Virus record (IMG/VR): IMGVR_UViG_3300020159_004070
Coordinates: 1,465-65,464 of that record
Reading direction: 5' to 3' (one strand)
From: a virus
Taxonomy: Duplodnaviria > Caudoviricetes
Length of the DNA stretch: 64,000 bases
Shown: positions 28,192 through 38,047 of the stretch, one piece after another
How positions within the stretch are numbered: the stretch's first letter is position 1
Layout of the letters: each line of letters opens with the position of its first letter
Position numbers and translations under genes: made by a program
The notes under the pieces: generated by a model
The model's database searches: none
Told to the model about the DNA's origin: nothing
The model's input: only the letters and a program-made list of their open reading frames with translations

Positions 28192-29835
28192 ATGGCTGGA
28201 TTCAACGAAAACCAAAGCGGTAACCCCGTCTTTCAAAGAATTAGAGACTCAGTAAAGTCTTTAAGTAACTTTGGAATGCGATATGGTGACATGGTCATCA
28301 AAAACTCTCAAGCTATTGGTGCGATTGAGGCTGAATTCATGAAGAAGCAAACCATCGATGATGAGAATTTGCTTTATTCTTTAGGTAGACAAGATACTAC
28401 AACTAGACAATTCATAGGATATTTCGATAAGGATTATCCGGGCAAGAGGGACTACCTCAGGAAGTTTGCACTGAACCCTGAAATAGAGTATATTCTTGAC
28501 ACAGTTTGTGACGAATCAATTACGTATGATTCATACAACTTCTTTGCTTATCCAGCTTTTTTAAATCTTACCGATGTCAAAGACAAGGTAAAGGATCGAA
28601 TAAACGAAAATTACAAAAAGCTTTATGAAATGTTTGGCTTTACTGATGACGTCAGCGGCTGGCAATATTTCAAGCAGCTTTTGGTAGATGGATTCATAGC
28701 ATTTGAGATCGTTTATGATGATAAAGGAAAAAACATCATTGGTTTCAAAGAACTAGATGCTACCACTTTGATGCCCTCGGTGGAAAAACAACCGGATGGT
28801 ACTTATCTAAGTGTTTGGTGGCAATATCCTAAAGATATAAATAAGAAAAGGATGCTTTATGACTCCCAAGTCATCTACATTTCTTATGCAAAAGGTAACA
28901 CTGTCTCCAGGGTCAGTTATACAGAACGCCTGATCAGACCTTACAACATCCTAAGAATCATTGAATACACCAGGGTTATTTGGTCAGTAATGAATGCTTC
29001 TTTTAGAATGAAGATGACTGTTCCGATTGGATCTAGATCACCACAAAAGGCAATGCAAACCTTAGGTGAGCTTATGAGCATCTATAAGGAAGATATTAGA
29101 TTCAATGATGAAAGTGGGGAACTTACAGTTGATGGAAGGCCAAAGATCCAATTTTACAAGAACTACCTTATGCCTTCTGGTGTCAACGGTACGCCAACTA
29201 TAGAGCCATTGAATACTGCTGGTCCTAACCTTAATGATCCTGCACCACTTGCATATTTCTTCGATAAGCTCGTACAAGAATCTAAAATTCCTTTTTCTAG
29301 ATTTCAAGGTCCTGATGGTGGTTCAATTGGTAATTATTCGAACGGTGCTGAAGGATTGGACAAGGAAGAAATAAGATTTGCTAAGTTTATAAACAGGTTA
29401 AGGTCAATATTCCAGGATATTTTGGTTAAACCTCTTTGGATCCAAACAGTAAAAGATTTTCCTGAATTAGAAAAGGACTACTTATTTAAGAGCCAACTGG
29501 GCCTAAATTTCGTTTCGGATAACCCATTCAGGATGAATCAGGAGATTGAAACGATGACTGCTAAGAAAACCCAAATCGAATCAATGTACGCTCTGACTGA
29601 TGATACCGGAGCACCATATTTCTCTTTAGCTTATCTTATTGAAAATTACCTTGGAATGACTCAGGATGACATAAAGGCTAATAAAGAAGCCAGGAAGAAA
29701 AGAAGTGAAGAGGAGAAGAAGAAAGCTAAAGAAGCTGCCGCTGCAGCTCCAGCCGCCGAAGCTCCAGCTGAGGAGGCACCAGCTGAAGCTCCAGCTGAGG
29801 AAGCACCTGCTGAAACCCCTCCACCAACAGAATAA
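28192..29835 (+). CDS. gp20: Portal protein 1 (gp20-like)
   Basis: LRKFALNPEIEYILD, FKQLLVDG.IAFE, SY.ERLIRPYN.LRIIE, IETL-like region and EEIRFAKFINRLRSIF. Confidence 0.9.
   Translation: MAGFNENQSGNPVFQRIRDSVKSLSNFGMRYGDMVIKNSQAIGAIEAEFMKKQTIDDENLLYSLGRQDTTTRQFIGYFDKDYPGKRDYLRKFALNPEIEYILDTVCDESITYDSYNFFAYPAFLNLTDVKDKVKDRINENYKKLYEMFGFTDDVSGWQYFKQLLVDGFIAFEIVYDDKGKNIIGFKELDATTLMPSVEKQPDGTYLSVWWQYPKDINKKRMLYDSQVIYISYAKGNTVSRVSYTERLIRPYNILRIIEYTRVIWSVMNASFRMKMTVPIGSRSPQKAMQTLGELMSIYKEDIRFNDESGELTVDGRPKIQFYKNYLMPSGVNGTPTIEPLNTAGPNLNDPAPLAYFFDKLVQESKIPFSRFQGPDGGSIGNYSNGAEGLDKEEIRFAKFINRLRSIFQDILVKPLWIQTVKDFPELEKDYLFKSQLGLNFVSDNPFRMNQEIETMTAKKTQIESMYALTDDTGAPYFSLAYLIENYLGMTQDDIKANKEARKKRSEEEKKKAKEAAAAAPAAEAPAEEAPAEAPAEEAPAETPPPTE
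29731..29820 (+). repeat. AEAPAEE low-complexity coding repeat at the C-terminus of portal 1
   Basis: GAAGCTCCAGCTGAGGA(G/A)GCACC repeats. Confidence 0.75.
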
Positions 29836-29843
29836 GATAAGAA

Positions 29844-31460
29844 ATGGCAGGATTTTTAGATTACGTTCAGGAAAGATCTTTTATGGGTAACCTGTATAAG
29901 AACCTTTCTCGTATAGGAAGGTTTGGTATGGAGTACCAAGATATGGTTATCAGAAACTCTCAAGCTATCGGTGCAACGGAGTCAAATTTCATTGGAGAAC
30001 ATGGAACCGGATTCACTGAAAATGACGCATTTTACTGGACACTAGGTTATCAGGATACTAAGGTTAGAAAATACATTGCCTATTTCGATAAAGATTATGT
30101 CGGGAAAAGAGACTTCCTTCGAAAGTTTTCACTCAACGGAGAGATAGATTTTATTTTAGATACTCTTTCTGATGACGCAATAAATTACGATGACAAAAAT
30201 TTCTTCGGTTATCCCGCGCTTTCAAATATTGATCTCAAACCAGAAGTTGTAGAAAAGCTTGATGAGACTTTCCGAAAATTGTACATGCTGTTTGGATTCC
30301 AGCAAAGTGTTCTTGCCTGGCAATACTTCAGGCAGTTTTTAATTGATGGTTTCCTTGCTTTTGAAATTGTTTATGCAACCGACGGAAAACAGATCGTGGG
30401 TTTCAAAGAATTAGATCCGACATCCCTCCAACCTGCAACGGAACCTCAGCCTAATGGTGAGTTTGAACAAATTTGGATTCAGTACCCACAGGATAACAAA
30501 ATGACGAGGAGGTTAAAAAGTGAGCAGGTGATCTATATTTCTTACGCTAAGGGAAATACTATCTCTAGAGTAAGCTACGTTGAAAGGTTGATAAGATCAT
30601 ACAATATCCTGAGAATCATGGAAAACACCCGTGTAATCTGGAATGTGATGAATGCCTCCTATCGTCTAAAGTTTGTAATACCTGTTGGATCTCAGTCCCA
30701 ACAAAAAGCAATGCAAACCCTGGGGCAGCTGATGTCGATATACAAGGAAGAAATTGAATTAAATGATACATCTGGGGAATTAACAGTAAATGGTAGACCC
30801 AAGGTTCAGTTTTACAAAAATTATCTTTTCCCAGAAAAAGACGGCCAATCTCCACAAATTGAAACTTTGGATCCTAATGGACCAGATTTCAATGTCATGG
30901 AAAATGTCGTTTATTTTTACAATAAATTAAAGCTGGACTCTAAGATCCCTTATGCAAGATTTGCATTCAGAGGTGGAACTCCGGCAAACTACCAAATCAG
31001 TATTGATCAGTTAGAAAGAGACGAGATAAGATTTGAAAAATTTCTGACCCGTCTTCGTTCTATTTTCCAAGAGATTATGGTAAAACCCTTGTACATTCAA
31101 ATGTGTTTGGATTTTCCTGAACTATCGAAAGACAATGCTTTTAAGTCCAACTTAGGTTTAGATTTTGTCAGAGAGAACCTATTTGAAGAAATGATCCAGT
31201 TACAGAACTACACAAAGAGAACCGAGTTTATTAATTCTCTAGGGGAAATGAAACAAAAGATAGGTGAGGAGGAAGAAGCCTATTTCGATAAAGACTTTCT
31301 CATTTCTAGGTACATGGGCTTAACTATGGACGAGATCAAGAAAAACAAGCTCTACAAGAAAAAAGAGGAGGAAGAAGCAGAGAAAAGAGCTAAGGAGAAA
31401 GAGAAAGAAGGTGGAGGCGAAGGTGAAGAAGGAGCTGCAACGCCTGAATTTACTCTTTAA
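29844..31460 (+). CDS. gp20: Portal protein 2 (gp20-like paralogue)
   Basis: Colinear paralogue of portal 1: IRNSQAIGA, YFDKDY.GKRD.LRKF, VIYISYAKGNT.SRVSY.ERLIR, GRPK.QFYKNYL, RDEIRFEKFL.RLRSIFQ. Confidence 0.9.
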   Translation: MAGFLDYVQERSFMGNLYKNLSRIGRFGMEYQDMVIRNSQAIGATESNFIGEHGTGFTENDAFYWTLGYQDTKVRKYIAYFDKDYVGKRDFLRKFSLNGEIDFILDTLSDDAINYDDKNFFGYPALSNIDLKPEVVEKLDETFRKLYMLFGFQQSVLAWQYFRQFLIDGFLAFEIVYATDGKQIVGFKELDPTSLQPATEPQPNGEFEQIWIQYPQDNKMTRRLKSEQVIYISYAKGNTISRVSYVERLIRSYNILRIMENTRVIWNVMNASYRLKFVIPVGSQSQQKAMQTLGQLMSIYKEEIELNDTSGELTVNGRPKVQFYKNYLFPEKDGQSPQIETLDPNGPDFNVMENVVYFYNKLKLDSKIPYARFAFRGGTPANYQISIDQLERDEIRFEKFLTRLRSIFQEIMVKPLYIQMCLDFPELSKDNAFKSNLGLDFVRENLFEEMIQLQNYTKRTEFINSLGEMKQKIGEEEEAYFDKDFLISRYMGLTMDEIKKNKLYKKKEEEEAEKRAKEKEKEGGGEGEEGAATPEFTL

Positions 31461-31470
31461 TTTTTAATGA

Positions 31471-32478
31471 ATGAAAATAAAAAATATCGTTTCTTCGAAG
31501 AAGATTTTAGTTATCGGGGACGTTATATTAGATCACTATATCCACGGTAGGGTATTCAGAGTTTCTCCAGAAGCTCCAGTTCCAGTAGTTTTAAAGAGTA
31601 ATTCCGTTTATTGTCTTGGCGGAGCTGCAAACGTTGCTCAAAATGTTACCTCTTTTGGTTCTGAGTGTTACTTGCTTGGAATAACAGGTTTAGATCAATC
31701 TGGTGAAATAGTGAAAGAACTGTGCAAACAGAAAGGGGTGATAACTATGTTGGTTGAAGACCCAGCCAGAGTAACTACTGAAAAGACCAGAATTGTTGGC
31801 AACAATCACCAAATAGCAAGGATTGATTCGGAAAGCACTGAACCAATCTCGGAACACATCCAAAATTTATTGTTGCAAGAATTTGAAAGAGTAATCTCTA
31901 TAATTGACGGAGTCATAATACAGGATTATGGGAAAGGATTGTTGACAGAAATCATACTGCAAGAAATAATTAGCAGATGTAAGAAATACGAAAAGGTCGT
32001 ATTGGTTGACCCTAAAGAAAAGGATTTTAATCGATATAGTGGAGCTGATTGGATAAAACCTAATCTTTCTGAATTGAAAAATGCTGCTGAAATACAGGCC
32101 CACAAATCTCTTTCAGTCGATGAAATAATTAAAGTGGGTGACCAAATCAGAAAGAATTTCAGCTTTGGTAATATTTTAGTTACTATGTCCGAAAATGGAA
32201 TGCTTGCTAAAGGTGAAAATTTTTCAGAAACAGTCGACGGTTATAAGATTGATGTAACAGATGTCTCTGGAGCGGGAGATACAGTTAGTGCTGTTTTCAT
32301 GCTTATGCACCTTTCTGGGGTTTGCATAAAGGACACATTGGATATTTCTAATCTCGCTGGATCTATGGTTTGTAGGATTTCTGGCGCAGTTCCAATAAAC
32401 ACAAATGACTTATTCGTGGAAGCATTGAACTTGGGAATGTGTTTAGAGAATTCTTTTTTCGAGAATTTACTGGTTTAA
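31471..32478 (+). CDS. rfaE1: D-glycero-D-manno-heptose-7-phosphate kinase (HldE/RfaE kinase domain, PfkB family)
   Basis: ILVIGDVILDHY, RVSPEAPVPV, GGAANVAQN, KTRIV, QDYGKG, VDPK, KPNLSE and DVSGAGDTV. Confidence 0.92.
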   Translation: MKIKNIVSSKKILVIGDVILDHYIHGRVFRVSPEAPVPVVLKSNSVYCLGGAANVAQNVTSFGSECYLLGITGLDQSGEIVKELCKQKGVITMLVEDPARVTTEKTRIVGNNHQIARIDSESTEPISEHIQNLLLQEFERVISIIDGVIIQDYGKGLLTEIILQEIISRCKKYEKVVLVDPKEKDFNRYSGADWIKPNLSELKNAAEIQAHKSLSVDEIIKVGDQIRKNFSFGNILVTMSENGMLAKGENFSETVDGYKIDVTDVSGAGDTVSAVFMLMHLSGVCIKDTLDISNLAGSMVCRISGAVPINTNDLFVEALNLGMCLENSFFENLLV

Positions 32479-32502
32479 TTTTTTCTTTCCGCTACTAATT
32501 TT

Positions 32503-32510
32503 TACATTTG
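32503..32510 (+). promoter_or_regulatory. Bacteroidota-type -7 element TACATTTG (DNA ligase)
   Basis: TAnnTTTG ending 17 nt before the ATG. Confidence 0.55.
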
Positions 32511-32527
32511 AAGTATAAAACGATTTT

Positions 32528-33868
32528 ATGCTAAGAGAGATAGAAATTTTTTACCAGATTGAAGGACTCACCGGAAACGGATCGCAGAAAGAAAAGCAGA
32601 GACTAATTTCTGAAAATTTGTCGGATCGAATGATTTATGCTTTGGATATATGTTTCAATCCTTTTGTGACTACCAAATTACATAAGTTAGAGCTTGATTT
32701 TTCTTTGCCTACAAGATCTTATTCAGGTAATGAGGGATTGTTCTGGAAAAACTTTGTTGATGTCGTAGAGGAGCTTAAATCAGCTCCAGCGGCTAATGAT
32801 AACCTAAGGTCCAGAGCAGAATGGCTTCTCTATTTCAATTTTTCTGAAGATGTATCGTTAGATCAAAATCTAAGAAAGACCCTAATGAAAATTCTCACAA
32901 AGAGAATGAATATTGGGATAGGAGCAAAGCTTATTAATAAGGCGGTCGGTAAGGAATTGATTCCTGACCCTTCTTTAATGCTTGCTACTGATGATCAGAA
33001 GGAGATTGAAAAATGGGAAAAGATCTATTGCGAAGAAAAGTATGACGGCGTCCGAGTGATTGCCGTAAAAAACGCGGATGGCGGATTTTCATTTTTCACT
33101 AGAGCTTTCAATGAACTAGATTCTTCAAAGTTACAAAATATCAGTTCTGAACTCCAGAAGATAACAAACGGAATGTCCGGCATTTTCATAGATGGGGAAT
33201 TGACGGATCTTAATAGAAAATCAGTTTCAGGAAAAGTAACACAAATATTAAAAGGGACTGCCCCCGATGACATTGATAAAAACTTTCTTTTCAATGTATT
33301 TGACATTGATCTATATGAGGTCTTGAGAAAGGGAAAGGGCAAAACCTTGTATAGCGAAAGGAGAACAACCCTAGAGCTTTTACTTTCCCAACTTGGTGAA
33401 AATTCCTCTGTCAAACTAGGAACCATGTGGGAGGTTGATTCGATGGAAGAAATTCTTGGAATTTATAAACGGATCGTATCTGAAGGTGGTGAAGGGGTTA
33501 TTTGCAAGAATGACCACTTTTACGAATGTAAGAGAAGTAAAAGTTGGGTTAAGCTCAAAGAGGTTAATGACTGTGATCTAGAAATAACAGGATGGTATCC
33601 CGGTGAGGGAAAAAGGGAAGGATTTATAGGTGGACTAATTTGTACTGATCTTTCTAAAACTTTAAATGTAAAAATTGGAGCCGGTTTTACGGACCACGAT
33701 CTACGGGAACTCAGCACAGATCCCGATTCATTGGTTGGTAAGATCGTTGCAGTCCAATACAATGTACCTATCACGGATAAGCACGATAATAGGAGTCTTT
33801 TTTTACCCAGGTTTATCGAAGTTCGTAGCGATAAGAATGTGGCTGATGACCTGTCTAATTTGTTCTAA
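32528..33868 (+). CDS. ATP-dependent DNA ligase
   Basis: EEKYDGVR (motif I), FIDGEL, FNVFD, EGVICK, WVKLK and LFLPRF..R.DK. Confidence 0.95.
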   Translation: MLREIEIFYQIEGLTGNGSQKEKQRLISENLSDRMIYALDICFNPFVTTKLHKLELDFSLPTRSYSGNEGLFWKNFVDVVEELKSAPAANDNLRSRAEWLLYFNFSEDVSLDQNLRKTLMKILTKRMNIGIGAKLINKAVGKELIPDPSLMLATDDQKEIEKWEKIYCEEKYDGVRVIAVKNADGGFSFFTRAFNELDSSKLQNISSELQKITNGMSGIFIDGELTDLNRKSVSGKVTQILKGTAPDDIDKNFLFNVFDIDLYEVLRKGKGKTLYSERRTTLELLLSQLGENSSVKLGTMWEVDSMEEILGIYKRIVSEGGEGVICKNDHFYECKRSKSWVKLKEVNDCDLEITGWYPGEGKREGFIGGLICTDLSKTLNVKIGAGFTDHDLRELSTDPDSLVGKIVAVQYNVPITDKHDNRSLFLPRFIEVRSDKNVADDLSNLF

Positions 33869-33873
33869 ATGTG

Positions 33874-33901
33874 GAAACTATAAGCTCTTGATTCCGTAAA
33901 A
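33874..33901 (+). promoter_or_regulatory. ECF-type (middle) promoter GAAAC-N17-GTAAAA upstream of the clamp loader operon
   Basis: Same bipartite motif. Confidence 0.65.
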
Positions 33902-33916
33902 GAATAAAGAGTTTTT

Positions 33917-34864
33917 ATGATAGAGCAGTTACTGACGGAGAAGTTACGCCCAAAAGAAATCAGACATATGATTCTCCCGGATCGAATTCGGGTTCTTTTT
34001 GAAGACAAAGGTTTAAATCACAATGTTCTTTTGGCTGGGTCCCCTGGTTGTGGAAAAACAACCTTGGCTAAGATCCTTTCTAAGGACTTACCACACCTTT
34101 TCATAAACGTTTCTGACGAGAGTTCAGTAGAAACTATCAGAACGAAAATAAATGACTTCTGTTCAACCATTAGTATAATGGATGGTAAGTCATCTAAGAA
34201 AGTTGTTGTACTGGACGAGTTTGATGGTGCTTCAGATCAGTTTTACAAAGCACTTAGAGGTACCATAGAAAAATTTGCAAACAACACACGCTTTGTAGCG
34301 ACATGTAACTGGATCAATAAGGTTCCAGAAGCAATCCAAAGCAGATTTGAGGTTATCAATTTCGACCCAGTCAATCAAGCAGAAGAAGACAAGATTCGTA
34401 AAGAATGGAGAGACCGGGTAAGACTTATTCTGGGTAAACTTAATATCCAAATCGATGATGATTCTCTTTCTGAGTTTGAGAAGGAATATTTCCCAGATTT
34501 AAGATCTTCTCTCAATCGTATCCAGACCTGGGTAATTGAAGGTGTTAAGCAAATTGATATTTCAAGGGTAAGGGATTCTTCGTGGTCATATGAGGATCTT
34601 TACAAAATGATATTTGAATCTAAGGATCCCATAGCAAACTATCAGGTCATTGTCGGTCAATATTCTAGCAAGATAGATGATGTTATGACAGCCCTTGGTG
34701 AGGAGTTTATTAACTGGATAATTAAGAATAAGTCAAGTTATGCAAAGATAATTCCTGGCGTTATTGTAGAAGTAGCACACCACCAATCCCAAAGACAACT
34801 AGTAATTGACCCAGTGGTAAGCTTACTTTCTTTAATTTTCAAGATACAAAAATTGGTTGAATGA
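33917..34864 (+). CDS. gp44: Clamp loader AAA+ subunit (gp44/RFC-like)
   Basis: EKLRP, GSPGCGKTT, LDEFD, ALRG.IE, SRF and FPDLR. Confidence 0.9.
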   Translation: MIEQLLTEKLRPKEIRHMILPDRIRVLFEDKGLNHNVLLAGSPGCGKTTLAKILSKDLPHLFINVSDESSVETIRTKINDFCSTISIMDGKSSKKVVVLDEFDGASDQFYKALRGTIEKFANNTRFVATCNWINKVPEAIQSRFEVINFDPVNQAEEDKIRKEWRDRVRLILGKLNIQIDDDSLSEFEKEYFPDLRSSLNRIQTWVIEGVKQIDISRVRDSSWSYEDLYKMIFESKDPIANYQVIVGQYSSKIDDVMTALGEEFINWIIKNKSSYAKIIPGVIVEVAHHQSQRQLVIDPVVSLLSLIFKIQKLVE

Positions 34865-35388
34865 TAAGAAGGATTGTAATTGTAGGTAAAGGCGGTTCTG
34901 GAAAAGATTATCTTAGAAAAAATCTAGAAATATTGGGTTACAAATATTGTACCTCGCACACAACAAGATCAGCTAGAGAAGGAGAAGTTAATGGGGTTGA
35001 CTATTTCTTCATTTCAGATTCTGAAGCAGAAAGTTTGATCTTAAACGATTCTTTCTATGAATGTGTAACCTTCAATAATTGGATTTACGGAACTTCCAAG
35101 TCCGAATTTTATTCAAGTCAGCTTTTTATAATGACCCCATCAGGTCTAAGTAAATTGCTACCCGAAGATAGATCAGAATCATTTGTTGTCTATTTGGATA
35201 TTGAGGAGCCTATTAGAAGAAATCGGTTGATGCAAAGAAACGATGCTGATAATGTAGAGAGAAGATTGGCTGCAGACCACAACGATTTTGAAGGGTTTAA
35301 TGATTACGATCTGAGAATAACAGATCCTACGTTTGACACTTTTTTAGAGATTATTGAAGAATCAAAAATTGGAATAGAAAATGATTAA
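34861..35388 (+). CDS. gmk: Guanylate kinase
   Basis: GKGGSGKD, SHTTRSAREGEVNGVDYFF and YGT. Confidence 0.88.
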   Translation: MIRRIVIVGKGGSGKDYLRKNLEILGYKYCTSHTTRSAREGEVNGVDYFFISDSEAESLILNDSFYECVTFNNWIYGTSKSEFYSSQLFIMTPSGLSKLLPEDRSESFVVYLDIEEPIRRNRLMQRNDADNVERRLAADHNDFEGFNDYDLRITDPTFDTFLEIIEESKIGIEND

Positions 35389-36514
35389 TGTTTTAATTGA
35401 CGGAAACTATATCTTCCATAAAACTTTTGGAGTTTTTGGTGGATATGGTAACAAAAATCCGGAAGATATTTTAGGTAGTGAGAACGAGCAATCTATGTTC
35501 ATCAAAAAAATATCAACAGATCTTTGCGCTTCTCTCAGGTCTATCCCGACCGGAGGAAAACTTATTTTTGCTTCTGATAGCAGAAGTTGGAGGAAAGATG
35601 TAGAAATTGAGGGCGGTGGTTATAAATCTAACAGGGTAAAAGACGAAGAGGTTGACTGGACTGTATTTTTTCATCTTTTAGAAGCTTTCGGAAACCACCT
35701 GGAAAAGATGGGATTTATCTTTTCAAAGGTAACGGGTGCTGAGGGAGATGATTTACTTTATTTCTGGGCAGACTATTTTAATACTAAGAAACAAAACTGC
35801 ATAATCATATCGGGTGACAAGGACATGCACCAACTTGCCCGCTGGAAAGATGATAACTGGACTGTAGTCTGGAACGCTAATTCAAAGAACAACTCTTTAT
35901 TCGTCCCTATTGATTGGGAGAGAAATTGGCTCAATAAATCCGAGGAGTCTTCAATTTTTGATATGAGTTCCGTAATGGATCCGGATAAAGAAAAGATGAA
36001 GGAATTTCGAAGCAAAATTGAGGTCACTGAGATAACCCCTAGAGATTTTATTTTTACTAAAATGCTCGTTGGTGACAAGGGAGATGCTGTTCCTGGTATT
36101 TGGGAAAGTGTTGTTAATGGTAAAACAAACCGTATGACACCTAAAAAGGCGGAGACAATGTTAGAGTCTCTTGCTGAAAGTAAATGGAAAGAGACTGAAT
36201 TTTCTATTCTCATTGATGACAACGATTTTCTAGATTGGGTCTCTGGTTACTCACTGAGGTTGATGAAAGAAATAGACAACACCGAAAATCGTTTAAAGGC
36301 ATCTGAAAATCTTAAGAGAAACTACAAACTTATGTGGCTGGACAAGACTGTCATTCCGTTTGAAGTTACCAAAAGAGTTATCGAAGAAATAAGAAGAGGA
36401 ATATCACTAGAAAAGAAACCAATCACTCTGGACAGAGTAAAGATATTAGAGGGAACCTCATGGGTTTCGAAAAGCTCGGAACCTTCAAGTTTTGACCCAT
36501 TTAAGCATTTTTAA
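35381..36514 (+). CDS. 5'-3' exonuclease / RNase H (T4 rnh-like)
   Basis: LIDGNY, SWRK, YKSNR, EGDD, SGDKD and GDKGDAVPG. Confidence 0.88.
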   Translation: MINVLIDGNYIFHKTFGVFGGYGNKNPEDILGSENEQSMFIKKISTDLCASLRSIPTGGKLIFASDSRSWRKDVEIEGGGYKSNRVKDEEVDWTVFFHLLEAFGNHLEKMGFIFSKVTGAEGDDLLYFWADYFNTKKQNCIIISGDKDMHQLARWKDDNWTVVWNANSKNNSLFVPIDWERNWLNKSEESSIFDMSSVMDPDKEKMKEFRSKIEVTEITPRDFIFTKMLVGDKGDAVPGIWESVVNGKTNRMTPKKAETMLESLAESKWKETEFSILIDDNDFLDWVSGYSLRLMKEIDNTENRLKASENLKRNYKLMWLDKTVIPFEVTKRVIEEIRRGISLEKKPITLDRVKILEGTSWVSKSSEPSSFDPFKHF

Positions 36515-36517
36515 TTC

Positions 36518-36943
36518 ATGGAGCTATTCGACATCGTAAAAACCATTTTCAAGGCAGACAAAGAATGGGATAAGGTTTCTAGAAATGATAAGGTAAGAAA
36601 TTTTTTCATGCTCAACCGGATCATGTCAATTCAGTTTCCTAGTCAGGCAAATCAATTTAACCACACGAAAATAATGCCCAGACCAGTAGCAGATTGGTGG
36701 CATTCAACCCTTTCTAGACACTATAATAAAATGCCCAATTGGATTTTTACTAAAACCAAAAAGGGTGTAAGCAAGAAAGAGACAACAGATCTGAAGGAAG
36801 CTGACCCTGAGGTCGAAAAATTTATAAGGGAAAGGTTTAACGTTTCCAAAAGGGAATTATCTGATTTAAAAAATTTCTATCCTTCTAAATACCACCAGTG
36901 GGTAGAATCAATAGGTGAGCAGATAAATGTGTCCAATAAGTAG
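36518..36943 (+). CDS. Clamp loader small subunit (gp62-like), putative
   Basis: MELFDIV..FMLNRIMS..W..K pattern and size; same operon as gp44. Confidence 0.45.
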   Translation: MELFDIVKTIFKADKEWDKVSRNDKVRNFFMLNRIMSIQFPSQANQFNHTKIMPRPVADWWHSTLSRHYNKMPNWIFTKTKKGVSKKETTDLKEADPEVEKFIRERFNVSKRELSDLKNFYPSKYHQWVESIGEQINVSNK

Positions 36944-36979
36944 TCCTGATATATAAAAAGTCATTTTATTCCCACAACC

Positions 36980-37522
36980 ATGAGAAAAGATTTTCAAAAA
37001 CTAATTGAAAAAGTAATACAGAGCCTAGATTGGGATACAATCTATGAGGTTAATAAAGTTTTTAAATTTGGTGTGGGAGGAGGAAGCGAAGTAATCCCCG
37101 GTTTAAAAAGAAAGCCATATTCTGATTCTTTAACCAAGAATGATGTTAAAAACGAACTCAAGTTTTTGCTTAGATTCGTTATCAGTAATGACATATCTAA
37201 ATTTGTTTATGGACAATGGATGATTTTCTGGTTCAACCAAGACTGGGACCTAATTTGGGAAGATGAAGAAGGTGAAGCAATTGAAGAGGGAGAAGAGGAG
37301 GAATACAAAGTTGATTCCAGATTGGAAGTATTTTATGCACCTCAAAGAATTTCGTTAACCATTGACGCGAGTCCTGAAGATCCTAAGGATCCTAATTTTG
37401 CGGATTCGGTGATTTTGAATTCTATGCTACAAAAAGCTCTGCAAAGTGAAAATTATGAATTGGCAGGAAAACTACAAGAATTGCTTGATCTCAAAAAGTC
37501 GGCAGACAAAGTAGATAAATAG
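36980..37522 (+). CDS. Hypothetical protein with C-terminal UVR-like helical motif
   Basis: LQKALQSENYELAGKLQELL; late promoter at 36948. Confidence 0.55.
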   Translation: MRKDFQKLIEKVIQSLDWDTIYEVNKVFKFGVGGGSEVIPGLKRKPYSDSLTKNDVKNELKFLLRFVISNDISKFVYGQWMIFWFNQDWDLIWEDEEGEAIEEGEEEEYKVDSRLEVFYAPQRISLTIDASPEDPKDPNFADSVILNSMLQKALQSENYELAGKLQELLDLKKSADKVDK

Positions 37523-37539
37523 ACAAATAATTCACAACT

Positions 37540-38016
37540 TTGAAGTACATAAAAACCATAAACGAATTTTTTGATGTTGGTGTCTTTGGAGATACCTACG
37601 GCTATGGTGGCGCTAATGGTGTATTCAAAGTACAATATAAGCCATATAAGGATCTTTCCGTAACTGTGGGACCTGATCCTAATATCAAAAGAAACGTAAA
37701 AGGATCTGAATTCCAGGTTGGTGATATTGTTATTGGAACTCCAATAAATTCTAAAGAAAAGGTTGCTGGAATGGTAGTTAGATCGGAAAGAACACCGGAC
37801 AATAAGTCATACAGATATCACGTGCAGGTTCATTCCAAAAAGAAGCAAAAAGAGGAAGTTTTAGAACTTATCCCAGGTTCGGTTGAATTTGTAGATAACG
37901 GAGACAAGGGGCACAAAGAAATAGTTTCTAGATTCCGACTAGATTTACCATCAGACGTTTACAATTCACCAACAGTATACAACAACCAAAGATTGGGTCT
38001 AGAGGTTGTAAATTAG
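37540..38016 (+). CDS. Putative head-internal protein with KOW/SH3-like domain
   Basis: N-terminus MKYIKTINEF (capsid-targeting-like) and FQVGDIVIG. Confidence 0.55.
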   Translation: MKYIKTINEFFDVGVFGDTYGYGGANGVFKVQYKPYKDLSVTVGPDPNIKRNVKGSEFQVGDIVIGTPINSKEKVAGMVVRSERTPDNKSYRYHVQVHSKKKQKEEVLELIPGSVEFVDNGDKGHKEIVSRFRLDLPSDVYNSPTVYNNQRLGLEVVN

Positions 38017-38047
38017 AAACTTTATTGCTTTTCTTTTCTAAAATATC

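Noticed and set aside
31471-32478. rfaE, cysK, asnB and gmk as signs of a bacterial chromosome or prophage boundary
   Set aside because: They are interleaved with T4-like core genes and phage promoter motifs; no integrase, att site or host operon is seen.
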